Numbered from the stretch's first letter, positions 1 through 12,101 are shown. The stretch: DNA of 21,155 nt from Amoeboradix gromovi X-113 (GCA_018985225.1 JADGIF010000095.1:1-21155); one strand, 5' to 3'. Numbers and translations: made by a program. The notes: generated by a model from the letters alone, not told the origin.

Positions 1-276
1 CAGGTACTTCAAAATAATGTAGGCAAGAACATGCTCAAATGGTATCTCCCCAAGTTGTCTACACTTGAGAAGTGTGGGCTTTGAAATCTTCATGATTTTC
101 GAATTCTTCACATTTAACGTAGGCGTTATTGAAGGTATCTACTGCGATCTCTGAATCTTCCATATGTACACTTTCAAGCTCTAAGATGCAGACATGGCAT
201 GACGGACGTGAATAAATGTGCTTTCGAATATGTTAAACTAAGCACAATATCATGGATGGGGTGTATAAAGTATTAT

Positions 277-390
277 CGTCAAATGCCTGGTTTACGAGAA
301 ATCAAGACTATCCACAGAGGAACTGACAAACGATCCGCTCCGTTACTGTAGTTGCTCATGCTTCCACTATCCTGAGGCGGGATTCAATAA
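277..390 (-). mobile_element. Stand-alone copy (A) of the TnpB/Fanzor-associated right end / putative omegaRNA scaffold, with no adjacent coding remnant
   Basis: 338-390 matches 20348-20400 at 45/53 nt ungapped. Similarity continues with small indels to 277 (CGTCAA vs CGTTAA at 20287). The 20287-20400 copy directly follows a TnpB-type DRD..AARNI coding end. Confidence 0.8.
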
Positions 391-614
391 ATCATTTATC
401 ATGATTACTTGAATTAACTGTTAGAAAGTGCTAATTGCTATAATTTTCTAATTGCCTAAGCTCCACAGTCCTTTTCATCAATTGCAGATTGGTGCAAATA
501 ACCACAGCCATAATTTGTCACTTCAAAAGAGATCACTCGGATATAGAGAATGCTATCATTTACAGGGAATGTCCTAAGTGTGATCCATGGTCAAACAGCA
601 AGAAACTAAATTTA

Positions 615-1118
615 TTAAGATAAGTTCATTTTTGAGATCATTTGATATTCCATTAATTGATCATAAAGTTGATTGGCATGAACCATTTTAGAATGCAATT
701 CCAACAGTCTATCCTGTTCCTGCTGCAAGTCAGAGACTTTTTTACTCAACTTACCATACTCCTCTTTAACAAGCGGATAAGTGTTCATTACATTTGCAGG
801 AATAGGTTGATTTTCATTTAAATTCGAAGTAGCAGACACAAACTGCTGTAACAAACTGACATCAATCCCATTTTCTATGCGAGGCTCTGCAGAAGAAAAA
901 TCGTTCACATTATGGGCCCGCTGTTGCATATTAGTAGCGGGCTTGACATCATCCAGGATTTTTATGTAATTTTTAGGAACTATACCTGTTTTACCATTTA
1001 ATCTGGCTCTCAACCAGTCTCCCTCATTGCTGAGCAGTTCAATTATGTCGTCTTTGTGAAAATGTAACTCGTTTGGGTCATTTGTGCCTTCAAAATCATA
1101 TAGCCCGACAGCAAACAT
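615..1118 (-). CDS. SH3-domain plus C-terminal coiled-coil protein, Hse1/STAM-like (ESCRT-0), lacking VHS/UIM
   Basis: N-terminal SH3 (AVGLYDF..ELHF.KDDII...DWL.A...GKTGIVPKNYI). C-terminal LLELHSKMVHANQLYDQLME resembles the Hse1/STAM GAT helix. The SH3 call is firm; Hse1 orthology is inference. Confidence 0.7.
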   Translation of the reverse strand: MFAVGLYDFEGTNDPNELHFHKDDIIELLSNEGDWLRARLNGKTGIVPKNYIKILDDVKPATNMQQRAHNVNDFSSAEPRIENGIDVSLLQQFVSATSNLNENQPIPANVMNTYPLVKEEYGKLSKKVSDLQQEQDRLLELHSKMVHANQLYDQLMEYQMISKMNLS

Positions 1119-1157
1119 ATTTATCTCGTTTCACAATTTCCATTTGATTTTTCAAAC

Positions 1158-1908
1158 ATGTCAAATATCGATTCGAAGGTCCCAGAGTTGCTAAAACGAG
1201 TGTCTAATTGGTCTAACAACACTGCCTCAGAGGTTATGACAGAATGTGCGAAGAATGAACTCTTAGTACCAAATACTCACAACTTGAGTGCGACAACATT
1301 ATATGAAAAGTTGATTGACGGATATTTGGATCATCCAGGTCATAATGTCTCCACACTGACAACTATGTTAAGCATATTGATCTCGTTTTATTCCCACAAT
1401 TCTACGCCCAATAAATATTACTATATTGGCCTGTATTTATTGGTGTTATTGGCTAACAAACAATCTTCAGATTACTATGCAATGATTGACACAATTCCGC
1501 CAAAAGACATCTTGGAGAATACCTATATCGATTACTGCATGCAAATTCACTTCGCAATTGAGCAAGGTTCGTTTGCGCAACTTCACGCACTGCTCAATGG
1601 TCCGAGTCCCCATTACCAATCTTTACTGAAGATGATTTTAGAGACGCTACAGTATTTACTGCTAACTCAGGAAACGTATTTTAAAAATGGCAAGCGTTAC
1701 TTATCCACATTTAAGCGTTCAATCGGCTGTTCACATGTTATATTGTGAAAATACAGACCATGTGGTTCGATTAGTTAAAGAAATGGGATGGAGAATTGAA
1801 AACGGTTGGATTTTATTTAACAAGCTCGAATTAAAGTCAGAAGTTGATTGTAGTTTATTGGCTAAACGTGCATTGCAATATCAAAACGAGTTGGACAAAA
1901 TAGTATAA
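1158..1908 (+). CDS. RPN12: 26S proteasome lid subunit Rpn12/PSMD8; exons 1158-1651 and 1671-1908
   Basis: GLYLLVLLANKQ..Y...I..IP.KDI..N.YI...IEQGSF, PSPHY, GW and C-terminal ELDKIV match Rpn12. Removing 1652-1670 joins ORFs 1158 and 1687 in frame (ETLQ|KRILKMASVTY). Confidence 0.88.
1652..1670 (+). other. 19-nt spliceosomal intron in RPN12
   Basis: GTATTTACTGCTAACTCAG: GT..AG with CTAAC branch; removal restores the frame. Confidence 0.88.
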
Positions 1909-1972
1909 TAAATGTTAGTTTATAAACTGAAAATGATTGGTATTTGCCGTGATGCTATAGACGTCGCATACA

Positions 1973-3119
1973 ATGTTTTCATTCTTTCTGTTGATCTCTT
2001 CGAGCTTTTCTGGACAGATTCAGTTTGACGCTTCAAGCTATGTTTGCAGCCTTGACGGACCATTAAATAATTTAGTCATTTTACCAGAAACTGACATAAA
2101 TGCTTTTGGTCTCCAGAAAGTTGTATCTTTTGGTGACTTACATATTGGGGTTGTGAAGGACGAGAATGCACACTTATTCGCTCAACACAGCATTTTTAAA
2201 GACAATGAGGTTCATATTACAAACTATGATGAACAGACAAACCCAGTATGGCCATTAGCTCAAATTTCTAATAGTAATTCCTTCAAATTTCCGCCACAAG
2301 CGGGATTGGGTGTAGATATATATGTTATAGATACGGGTGTCACTACGGCTCATGTAGAATTCGAGGGGCGAGCAAAATGGGGACTAAATATGTTCCCTTA
2401 TGATCCATCTGACAAGGCTAACTCTGATTTGAATGGACACGGTACACATGTGGCTGGAATAGCTGCTAGTAAAACCTATGGAGTTGCAAAAAAGTCTAAT
2501 ATAATCGCTGTTAAGGCATTGTCTCAAACAGGGAATTCGCGATGGTCTTGCATATTAGATGCCTTACAATGGGTGTATTTAACCCAAAAAACTAGTTGTA
2601 ATCCTGTGGTAATCAATTTGTCTTTATCTGGTGCAAAGAACGAAGCTATCAATAAAGTCCTAAACGATTTAGTTGACAAAGGATTAACAATAGTAACCGC
2701 TGCAGGAAATAGTGCTGGAGATAGCTGCATATACACGCCTGCGTCTGCCGATAAAACAATAACTGTCGGTAGTGTGTCTCAAAATAAGATATTTTCACGA
2801 TTTTCCAATTATGGCATGTGCTTAGACCTCCTAGCGCCGGGTGAAAGTATTGCAAGTCTGGGAACTGGTACCACAACTAAAAATATCTTTAAAAGTGGCA
2901 CAAGCATGGCTTCACCTCATGTTGTAATTCTATTTAATTTAGGCCGGTATGGCTGCTGTACTGCTAAGTCAAAACAGGTATTTGACACCTGTACAAGTGA
3001 CTGCTTTCCTTAAGACCATGTCTAGATCTTCAGTAGTTAGCTCAGTTCCAAGAAACACAAATGATGCTTTACTATATTTAAACCCTGAAGGAATATACTA
3101 CGGCTACAAGAGCGCCTGA
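1973..3119 (+). CDS. Secreted/vacuolar subtilisin-like serine protease (S8A, proteinase K/Prb1 family); exons 1973-2923 and 2943-3119
   Basis: Hydrophobic N-terminus. Catalytic motifs YVIDTG, NGHGTHVAG, AAGN, SGTSMASPHV. Removing 2924-2942 continues with the expected AGMAAVLLS...LTP.QV...N.ALLY to TGA at 3117-3119. Confidence 0.92.
2924..2942 (+). other. 19-nt spliceosomal intron in the subtilase gene
   Basis: GTAATTCTATTTAATTTAG interrupts the conserved SPHV|AG motif exactly. Confidence 0.92.
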
Positions 3120-3201
3120 ACAAAAATAAATTTATTACATGCCCACATCTTCCTCAAAAAAGTCGTTTCTATCATATAGTCTCATCTAGTGACCAAAAGA
3201 G

Positions 3202-3451
3202 ACAACTGAAAGACATTTCAATGCTTTCCCTAATGCCTTCTAACACACCCAAATTGTCATAGACATTGAAAACAGCCATTTCAAAGTAGATAGAAACCAT
3301 ATGACAGAAAGGATTATACGCTTGATATATGCATCCCTATTGAGTCCCTCCACTCGTAGCGAAAGGTGAAAAGGCACTGTATCAAAGCGAGCACCACTGT
3401 TAGTTTCATTCTAGATACTTCCGATTTTCTCGTAAATTAGAGCTTTTGATG
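3202..3451 (+). mobile_element. Degenerate TnpB/Fanzor 3' relic (copy E): RuvC-III coding remnant plus putative omegaRNA scaffold (3337-3451)
   Basis: 3277-3318 reads HFKVDRNHMTERII vs HLKIDRDHMAARNI in copy B. It is followed by GCATCCCTATTGAGTCCC...GTAGCGAAAG...CACTGTA...TAGTTTC...CGATTTTCTCGTAAATTAGAGCTTTTGATG, colinear with the reverse complement of 20287-20410. The boundary 5' of 3277 is weak. Confidence 0.8.
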
Positions 3452-3780
3452 AAGACACTATTGCAAAGCGAAAACAAGTGAAAACTTAAAGTATGCAAAT
3501 TAGCTGTATCACTAGACTGTATTGCTTCGGACCTTTATTAAACACTCTGTCCGTGCCCTTCAAATACTCATTTACATACTGATATGCTAATGTTTTTAAT
3601 ATCCATTTCTGAATGCGAAATATTTTTTGTTATTCTCTATTGTGACACATTGTCATCTGAATCTAGTTCTTTTACGAATGCAGCAAAACCTATGGCGAGT
3701 TAAATTTCTTAATTTGCATATCTGTGTTATTCAACAGTGCATGTCCCCATTATGCTTCGGGGATTTCCGAAACCAAGAAA

Positions 3781-4296
3781 ATGTGGCCGAACAATCCAAA
3801 TTTTAATCAAAGCGGCGGCTACAACAGAATGCCTGCCAATTTCATACCAAATATGCCTCAGTTTCAGCACCCTCAAATGAGACCGCAGCAGTATCAGCAA
3901 CCAATTCAGGTTGACACTAGACCACAAAACACACAAATGCCGCAACCTAGTCAGAAACGAAAAATTGACGAGTTGGTTTCCCAAATAGATGACAAATTGA
4001 AAATTGATAACGAAGCTAGGCATATGCTACTATCGCTGGCTGACGAGTTTATTGAGAACACAGTACAGCAAGCCAGTCAAATTGCTAAAATGCGCGGCTC
4101 TACGTTGGAAGTCGGAGATCTCCAAGCTTATTTGGACAAGGCGTACAATATGAGGGTGCCCAGCGGATTTGAAAGTCGTTTGCAATTAAAGAAAAAGCCT
4201 ACACTTTCTCACAATCATCAAGCACGTGTTAATTTGGTAAAAAGGGCTATCGTTCAAGGATCTAGAAGAGTAGAATACTCTAAATTTAATCAATAA
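3781..4296 (+). CDS. TAF12: TFIID/SAGA subunit TAF12
   Basis: Q/P-rich N-terminus, then histone fold KRKIDELVSQID...LLSLADEFIE...A.QIAK.RGSTLEV.DLQ.YL.K.YNMRVP.GF. First ATG at 3781. Confidence 0.9.
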   Translation: MWPNNPNFNQSGGYNRMPANFIPNMPQFQHPQMRPQQYQQPIQVDTRPQNTQMPQPSQKRKIDELVSQIDDKLKIDNEARHMLLSLADEFIENTVQQASQIAKMRGSTLEVGDLQAYLDKAYNMRVPSGFESRLQLKKKPTLSHNHQARVNLVKRAIVQGSRRVEYSKFNQ

Positions 4297-4303
4297 ATTT
4301 ATT
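4292..4303. terminator. Palindromic double poly(A) signal AATAAATTTATT shared by convergent TAF12 and EMW1
   Basis: Perfect 12-bp palindrome that contains the TAF12 stop (4294-4296) and overlaps the EMW1 stop (4302-4304). The same 12-mer occurs at 3125-3136. Confidence 0.6.
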
Positions 4304-6365
4304 ATTCTTCAATTTGAGTCCTTGTTACTTCTTTTAAATGCTCCAAATCTGAAGTTATCAATTTGGAATTCTCAATAATTAACTCGCCAATCTGATACCC
4401 TCTATTTCTAAGATTCTCGTCCTTGCTCAAGTCTGCAATTCTTATCAGCTCTACGCCAACCTCACAAAACAAATTAAATTTATTTTCATTGTAATACATG
4501 CTTTGATCGTCTTTCATATCTCTAAACGCACACTCTATCATCAAAAATGCTTTTTTATAGTCTTTGGTAGCAATATATAGTTTGGATGCTATTGTCCAGA
4601 CCTTCCAACATGGTGCTTTACTGATTATAACATGAAGTAGTTCGAATATTCGATTTTCCAGGAATTCATTATCAGTTCTTTTCAATTCATCGATAGTCTT
4701 TAATATTAATTGATTGTAAATGTTGAAATCCGGCTCCTCTGTAGGTTCCTGCCATTTCGGAGTTGTTAGTGTGAATACCTGCAGGCCAGCTCTGATAGCG
4801 TCCTGAAGATCGTTACAGATCACGCAGACATACATGTAGTTCATCCATACTTTCCAGGAGCTTGACTCTTTAATTGCTTGTAAAAGAGCATACTGCGCCT
4901 CACTGTCTTTGTTTATCTGCAATAAGGCAGTCGCCAAATTATTCCACGCTTCTGGGTTGTCATCCAAATTGGTAGTGCGTCGGAAATAAGAGGCAGACTC
5001 TTCGTATCTTTCTAGTCGCAATGCACAGCAACCGGCGATATACAGTTCACGTGGTTTCATTGGATTAATCTGTAAACCCTCTTGATAGCAATCCAAAGAT
5101 AACTCAAACTTATCATTAGTGTAATAAAAGTGTGCTAATCTAAATTGCGCCAGTGACAACTTGTGTTCAGAGTGCTCCCAAGCCTCCACATAAAGCGTAT
5201 GATCTTGTCTACAATCACCCAAATAGCAGAGTAACTTGGAATATAACATTTTGTTGCTATCAGTCTTCTTAAGAGCATTAACTATGTAAGATTCAGCCTC
5301 AGAGTCTAATCCCATAGCCTTGAGGCACAAAGCGGCTTTTTCGTAGGAATTAAATGATTTAAAAATCTCCAAAGCTGATTTTAATGCACCAAATCTCAGG
5401 TAATGATCAGCTATTTCTAACTGGAAAGTGGGATAGTGAGAGATTCCAAGACATGGAAAATATTGCAGTCTTTCAGCTATTGGCGCATCCCCTGTTTTGT
5501 TAAACATTTGGGCACCCAGCTGTTCATATTGTAATAATGCACGTTCCATAGTTTTAACTCTAGACATTTCTAATCGCGATCTAAGCAACAAAGCATAAGA
5601 AGTAATTGACCAGTTTTGAGGATCTTTAAGCACATAGTTGATGTATGGAAGGATTTGTTCATTAACCAGATCTTCCTTGGCATGCATTTCGTATGAATAA
5701 ACCACTTTTGCGAGCAAAACGCATTGTTCCAAAGGTGTTAACTTCAAATCTTGAATAGAATCGTCATCTAAAGTTAAATTGTTCAGTAAAACATCATGAT
5801 TCAACATGATGTTTTCTGGATCAGTGTGATGGACATCATTGACCACACGTAACTCATTGCTTCGGGATAGCTTGAGAACCAGCTGCATTTTAGAATCCTT
5901 TTGAAATTTAGTTCTTTTACCTGGGGCACCCGTAAGTTCAATATTTAAATCACTTAGTGTAACAGCATTATTGAGATAATCTGCTGTTTCTTTGCGTGTA
6001 ATCTTCAACGACTTGGAATGGAAGAGTTCGATATAAAAGCGAATTATATTGAACTCGATTAGATCATTGTTGGTCAAGTGAGGGTCTTCGATGCATTCAT
6101 CATAGCACGATACTATTTCGGCATACAGGTTGTAAGACGGCTCACTTAAACATTGTTGCAGTATGAACAAACATAGCAACCTTTCCATAGAGTTAGTTTT
6201 TAACTCATTAGTAGCAACGACTAGTAAGTCGCAGCGATGCAAATTGTCGAAAAACGATTCATTATTAATGTCTAAGAACAGTTCATCTTCCCGAAGATCC
6301 GGTTGGTTGTCTTGCTGATAAGGACCAACAAAATTATATTGTAAAAACAGGGTTAAATTGTCCAT
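4302..6365 (-). CDS. EMW1: TPR-repeat protein Emw1/TTC27
   Basis: ELTGAPGKRTKFQ, NWSI.S.ALLLRSRLE..R.KTMERALLQ, C-terminal TPRs (EAWNNLA, WKVWMNY). Confidence 0.85.
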   Translation of the reverse strand: MDNLTLFLQYNFVGPYQQDNQPDLREDELFLDINNESFFDNLHRCDLLVVATNELKTNSMERLLCLFILQQCLSEPSYNLYAEIVSCYDECIEDPHLTNNDLIEFNIIRFYIELFHSKSLKITRKETADYLNNAVTLSDLNIELTGAPGKRTKFQKDSKMQLVLKLSRSNELRVVNDVHHTDPENIMLNHDVLLNNLTLDDDSIQDLKLTPLEQCVLLAKVVYSYEMHAKEDLVNEQILPYINYVLKDPQNWSITSYALLLRSRLEMSRVKTMERALLQYEQLGAQMFNKTGDAPIAERLQYFPCLGISHYPTFQLEIADHYLRFGALKSALEIFKSFNSYEKAALCLKAMGLDSEAESYIVNALKKTDSNKMLYSKLLCYLGDCRQDHTLYVEAWEHSEHKLSLAQFRLAHFYYTNDKFELSLDCYQEGLQINPMKPRELYIAGCCALRLERYEESASYFRRTTNLDDNPEAWNNLATALLQINKDSEAQYALLQAIKESSSWKVWMNYMYVCVICNDLQDAIRAGLQVFTLTTPKWQEPTEEPDFNIYNQLILKTIDELKRTDNEFLENRIFELLHVIISKAPCWKVWTIASKLYIATKDYKKAFLMIECAFRDMKDDQSMYYNENKFNLFCEVGVELIRIADLSKDENLRNRGYQIGELIIENSKLITSDLEHLKEVTRTQIEE

Positions 6366-6390
6366 GACGAAAAATCTCCTATTGATTCGA

Positions 6391-6633
6391 ATGGGAAATG
6401 GAAATTTAGAAGTTATGAAATTTGCTATTTATGTTTTTATGCCAATTGGACTGATGGCTTTTTCAGGTTTAAGCTATTTTGAAGAGCAGGTTGATGTTCT
6501 GCAAAGGAAGCGTGAGTCCAAAACCAAGCGTTCTCTTGAAGTACCCACAGATAAAAGTGAATTACAAGATGCTCTGCAGAAGATAAAGCAGAGTAAGGAA
6601 TTTAACACTCGAAGCAATTCGGATACACAATAA
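6391..6633 (+). CDS. PET100: Cytochrome c oxidase assembly factor Pet100
   Basis: MGNGNLEVMKFAIYVFMPIGLM matches the Pet100 N-terminal signature, followed by a charged tail. ATG 6391 preferred over the upstream starts that overlap EMW1. Confidence 0.8.
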   Translation: MGNGNLEVMKFAIYVFMPIGLMAFSGLSYFEEQVDVLQRKRESKTKRSLEVPTDKSELQDALQKIKQSKEFNTRSNSDTQ

Positions 6634-7055
6634 ATTAATTATAGGACGTTAACAGGTCTGTTTAACATTAGAATTATTGTTTGAATTTAATTTAATTTAA
6701 TGAATTATTTATTGCGACTACGTGAAATTATTGTTACAAAGCACTGTTATGATTACATTTTAATTACATAAAGACTCGACATTATTTCTTGTAACGGACT
6801 TTGGCAGCTATAACCACAACTGAAACCGCCATTGTAGTATCCCAAACATACCTATTGGCAACAACACAATGATTTTACTTGTTCCAGTTCAGACTGAAAA
6901 GAGAGGAATTGACAGAGTTATGATCTAACGCATATTAGAAATGGCCCCTTTCTAAATGAGTAGCCAAGAATTTGAGACGCTTGTTTTAAAAAGTTTGTTT
7001 AGTTCTTGCGTGCGTCCACAGCATTGCAATTGCAAATAACTGAAACAGTGTCATA

Positions 7056-8644
<1,589 letters not shown>

Positions 8645-8814
8645 ATTTATTGCTTTAAATTTTCAATCTTAATTAGTCCATTTGCGAATTACTATTCATT
8701 AAGCAGCAAACCCTAAACTCGTGCAGTTGTATAGTTTAATTAGAGTTCATGTAAGAATTTGAGGAAGAAAAGTTACTTTTATTTTGACTTTGGATTTTCG
8801 AGGAGATTGAACGG

Positions 8815-10341
8815 ATGCCCGAATTACCAAATCCAAAAAAGCGTAAATTGAATACGGAAGAAGAAATAAACACTCATGAAAAAGAAGCCAGCATTACAGC
8901 TACAGATTTTACATCATTTAAGTCTTTGAACATTCACGATCATTTAAAAAACGCCCTAATTGACATGAAATTTGAAAAAATGACCCCAATTCAACAGCGT
9001 GCAATTAACCCTGCGTTGGCTGGAAAGGATATATTAGCGGCTGCTAAAACTGGAAGTGGGAAGACTTTAGCATTTTTGATCCCAAGTATTGAGTACCTCT
9101 TAAGATTGAAATTCAAACCCAGAAATGGTACTGGGATTCTAATTATTACACCTACTAGAGAATTGGCCTTACAGATATATAGTGTAGCTTGTGATTTGAT
9201 GAAAAATTGCTCACAAACTTATGGAATTGTAATGGGTGGAGCAAATAGAAAGTATGAAGCAGAAAAGTTACTGAAAGGTATAAACTTGGTTGTAGCAACT
9301 CCAGGAAGGTTATTAGATCATCTGCAGAACACAAAAGGCTTTATTTTCAAGAATTTGCAATGTCTAGCGATTGATGAGGCAGACCGTATTTTGGAGGTTG
9401 GGTTTGAGGAGGAAATGAAGCAAATTATTAAATATTTACCTGTTGAGCGACAGACTTTGATGTTTTCTGCAACTCAAACAACCAAAGTAGAAGATTTGGC
9501 GAGAGTATCATTAAAAATGCCACTATTTATTAACGCAGAGAGCGAAACGGATGTCGCGACAGTAAGTACCTTAGATCAAGGTTATGTAGTATGTTCACCA
9601 GATCGACGTTTCTTGTTTCTTTTCACCTTTTTAAAAAAGAACATGAACAAGAAAGTTATTGTTTTTCTGTCCAGTTGTAAAGCTGTTAAATACTATGCCG
9701 AATTACTCAACTATATTGATGTTTCTGTACATGATCTTCATGGAAGCCAAAAGCAAGCTAAAAGAACCAAGACTTTCTTTGAATTCATGGCAGCAGACAA
9801 GGGGATTTTACTTTGTACAAATGTTGCTGCTAGAGGCTTAGATATTCCAGTTGTAGACTGGATCGTACAGTTTGATGTGCCTAGCGACCCCAGAGATTAC
9901 ATTCATCGTGTTGGAAGAACAGCCAGAGCTGGAAAATCAGGAAAAGCTTTGATGCTGTTGATGCCATCAGAAGTTGGGTTTTTAAAGTATTTGAAAGAGT
10001 CCAAAGTCAATTTAAATGAATATGAGTTCCCCGCAAGCAAGTTAGCCAATATTCAAAATCAGCTAGAGACCTTAATTAACAAGAATTATTATTTGAATAA
10101 ATCGGCTAAAGAAGGATTTAGATCTTTCGTGCAAGCATATGCATCTCATTCACTAAAAGATATATTTGATGTTCATGAATTAGATTTGGCTGCAGTGGCA
10201 AAGTCATTTGGGTTTGATTCGCCACCTAGTGTAAATTTGCAATATCAAAGTTTAAAAAGCCATTCAAGTAGAGATGCCAAATACAAGCAAGGCAGAAATA
10301 ATGGCAAGAATTATTCTGACGGAAGACAATGGTCCCGTTAA
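8815..10341 (+). CDS. HAS1: DEAD-box RNA helicase Has1/DDX18
   Basis: [64 protein letters not shown]. Confidence 0.95.
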   Translation: MPELPNPKKRKLNTEEEINTHEKEASITATDFTSFKSLNIHDHLKNALIDMKFEKMTPIQQRAINPALAGKDILAAAKTGSGKTLAFLIPSIEYLLRLKFKPRNGTGILIITPTRELALQIYSVACDLMKNCSQTYGIVMGGANRKYEAEKLLKGINLVVATPGRLLDHLQNTKGFIFKNLQCLAIDEADRILEVGFEEEMKQIIKYLPVERQTLMFSATQTTKVEDLARVSLKMPLFINAESETDVATVSTLDQGYVVCSPDRRFLFLFTFLKKNMNKKVIVFLSSCKAVKYYAELLNYIDVSVHDLHGSQKQAKRTKTFFEFMAADKGILLCTNVAARGLDIPVVDWIVQFDVPSDPRDYIHRVGRTARAGKSGKALMLLMPSEVGFLKYLKESKVNLNEYEFPASKLANIQNQLETLINKNYYLNKSAKEGFRSFVQAYASHSLKDIFDVHELDLAAVAKSFGFDSPPSVNLQYQSLKSHSSRDAKYKQGRNNGKNYSDGRQWSR

Positions 10342-11139
10342 AATCTTAGTAAATTACTTTTTTAAAATTAATGTAAAAACTAGAAAATGTGTGCTGCAAC
10401 AAATCATGTAAGATCAACTATTACAATTTTATCATAAAGTAAGATGCTACTGAGCTGTGCAATAAAATTATGATTCGTAAGGATATTAAAAATAATTGAT
10501 TTTGCGATAATTGCAATAAATTGGGCAGCAATTTCAAGAAATATTTCTATTAGCATCTTTGTATTGTTGCATCAAAAAGAAAGCAAGAGAAGTTCTAAAA
10601 ATCATTATCAGACAATTTTAACCATACTTAAGCAGTAAACACAGTCATTCATCTAAAAAATGTTACGAGAATATGAGCCTGGTCATCAGAAGTTATACCG
10701 AACTGCCTATATCTTATCTAACCCTCTCAGTTGGAGGCAATTTAATAGCACTATAGAATATAACACTTCTGAATGGTGTTATAGTTTTCATGGGAATAAG
10801 GACTAGAATAGTAGCATTCATATATTATGTAGAGTCTTCGATCACGCTAGCGTCACCCGCTGTAATGCAGTGGATAGTGTGAGAATAAATATTAAAAAAG
10901 TGTTGAAATCATTGAATGTCTGTTAAGTAATGGAGAAAGACCTGAAAGGCACCGCGAAATTGATAGCAAAAGAGTTTCGTCTAATCTATAAAGATGAATT
11001 ATGTGACACCTCAGTAAAAAGTAGTCTAGTTTTTGCGTTGAGTGCTCCACTCCTTCTATAAGTCTTATTGGTCCAAAGACCTCTTATTTTTAGTATTACC
11101 TTTAAATATACAGCATGGAAATAAGAGTGTTTTCTAAAT

Positions 11140-11502
11140 ATGCCAAGAAAGAGACATTTGGTAAGAAAGCACTTCGATATCATTAAGCGGTCACCAACTA
11201 AAGAAAAAGGAGTATGCAAATACTGCAAAATACAAATCGGATTTAGTGTGTTACGCGGAAAGCAACACTTGAAAAAGTGTTGGAAGTGTCCACCAGAAGT
11301 GCTAAGAGAAGTTTCAGAGAGTGAAAGTCATTGTACTGAGATAAACACTTCCTTCAACGAATGGATATCCACTTATAAAATACCATTTGATGTTATAAAT
11401 ACTGAAAAGTTTCGCGATTTTATTGCTCAATTGAACGAGAATTGGGAACTTCCAAAACAGAAACATTGTGTTGATATTTCAATTCAAAATTTAATAAATT
11501 AA
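11140..11502 (+). CDS. Small BED zinc-finger protein with an hAT-transposase-like N-terminal segment and no catalytic domain
   Basis: V.KHF...CKYC...HLKKC fits a BED finger. WI....IPFDVI....FRDFI..LN..WELP resembles the helical region that follows BED in hAT/DUF659 transposases. Confidence 0.65.
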   Translation: MPRKRHLVRKHFDIIKRSPTKEKGVCKYCKIQIGFSVLRGKQHLKKCWKCPPEVLREVSESESHCTEINTSFNEWISTYKIPFDVINTEKFRDFIAQLNENWELPKQKHCVDISIQNLIN

Positions 11503-11669
11503 ACTAATATTTACTGTTGTAACTTTAAGGTTTGCTTTGTATTATTAGAACATAATTCTTGATTCTTTTCCTCCTTTTTATTCATTTATCCCCACGAAAC
11601 TAATATCCGATGAAATAATTTCACGTGAATTATTAAAGTTGGTAGGATCTTTGAGTGAAATTATCTGAA

Positions 11670-12059
11670 ATGAGAGATTCAGTATTAAATGACACTTTAA
11701 AAACAATGGTAAATGCATCCCGCAGAGGTAAAAGACAGGTTCTTGTCAGACCTTCATCAAAGGTAGTAATTAAATTTTTAGAAGTTATGCAAAAGCACGG
11801 ATATATTGATGAGTTCGAAGAGATTGATGATAACAGATCAGGTAAAATTGTTATCCAGTTAAACGGAAGATTAAACAAATGTGGGTGTATCAATCCAAGA
11901 TTCAATATTGCTGTAACCGAATTAGAGAAGTGGGTACAAAACTTATTGCCATCTCGTAACTTTGGATATATCATCTTAACAACATCAGCAGGTATTATGG
12001 ACCATAAGGAAGCACGTCGAAAGCATGTTGGTGGTAAAATCTTGGGATATTTTTATTAA
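11670..12059 (+). CDS. RPS22: 40S ribosomal protein uS8 (S22/S15a)
   Basis: SVLND.LK...[63 protein letters not shown] at 11670. Confidence 0.97.
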   Translation: MRDSVLNDTLKTMVNASRRGKRQVLVRPSSKVVIKFLEVMQKHGYIDEFEEIDDNRSGKIVIQLNGRLNKCGCINPRFNIAVTELEKWVQNLLPSRNFGYIILTTSAGIMDHKEARRKHVGGKILGYFY

Positions 12060-12101
12060 GTCGAATAAATAACAGCGTCCTTTCGTATCTTACATAATCT
12101 T

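Noticed and set aside
3135-3185. Minus-strand mini-ORF MRLYDRNDFFEEDVGM* ending at a poly(A)-like signal
   Set aside because: Only 16 codons, no upstream 19-nt consensus intron, and the upstream DNA is the Fanzor relic on the other strand.
6647-6665. CGTTAACAGGTCTGTTT (and TTAAAAGACCTG at 20227-20238) resembling the element terminus
   Set aside because: Matches are too short in AT-rich DNA and lack the adjoining scaffold.
6684-6701. AATTT micro-repeat
   Set aside because: Simple low-complexity AT tract.
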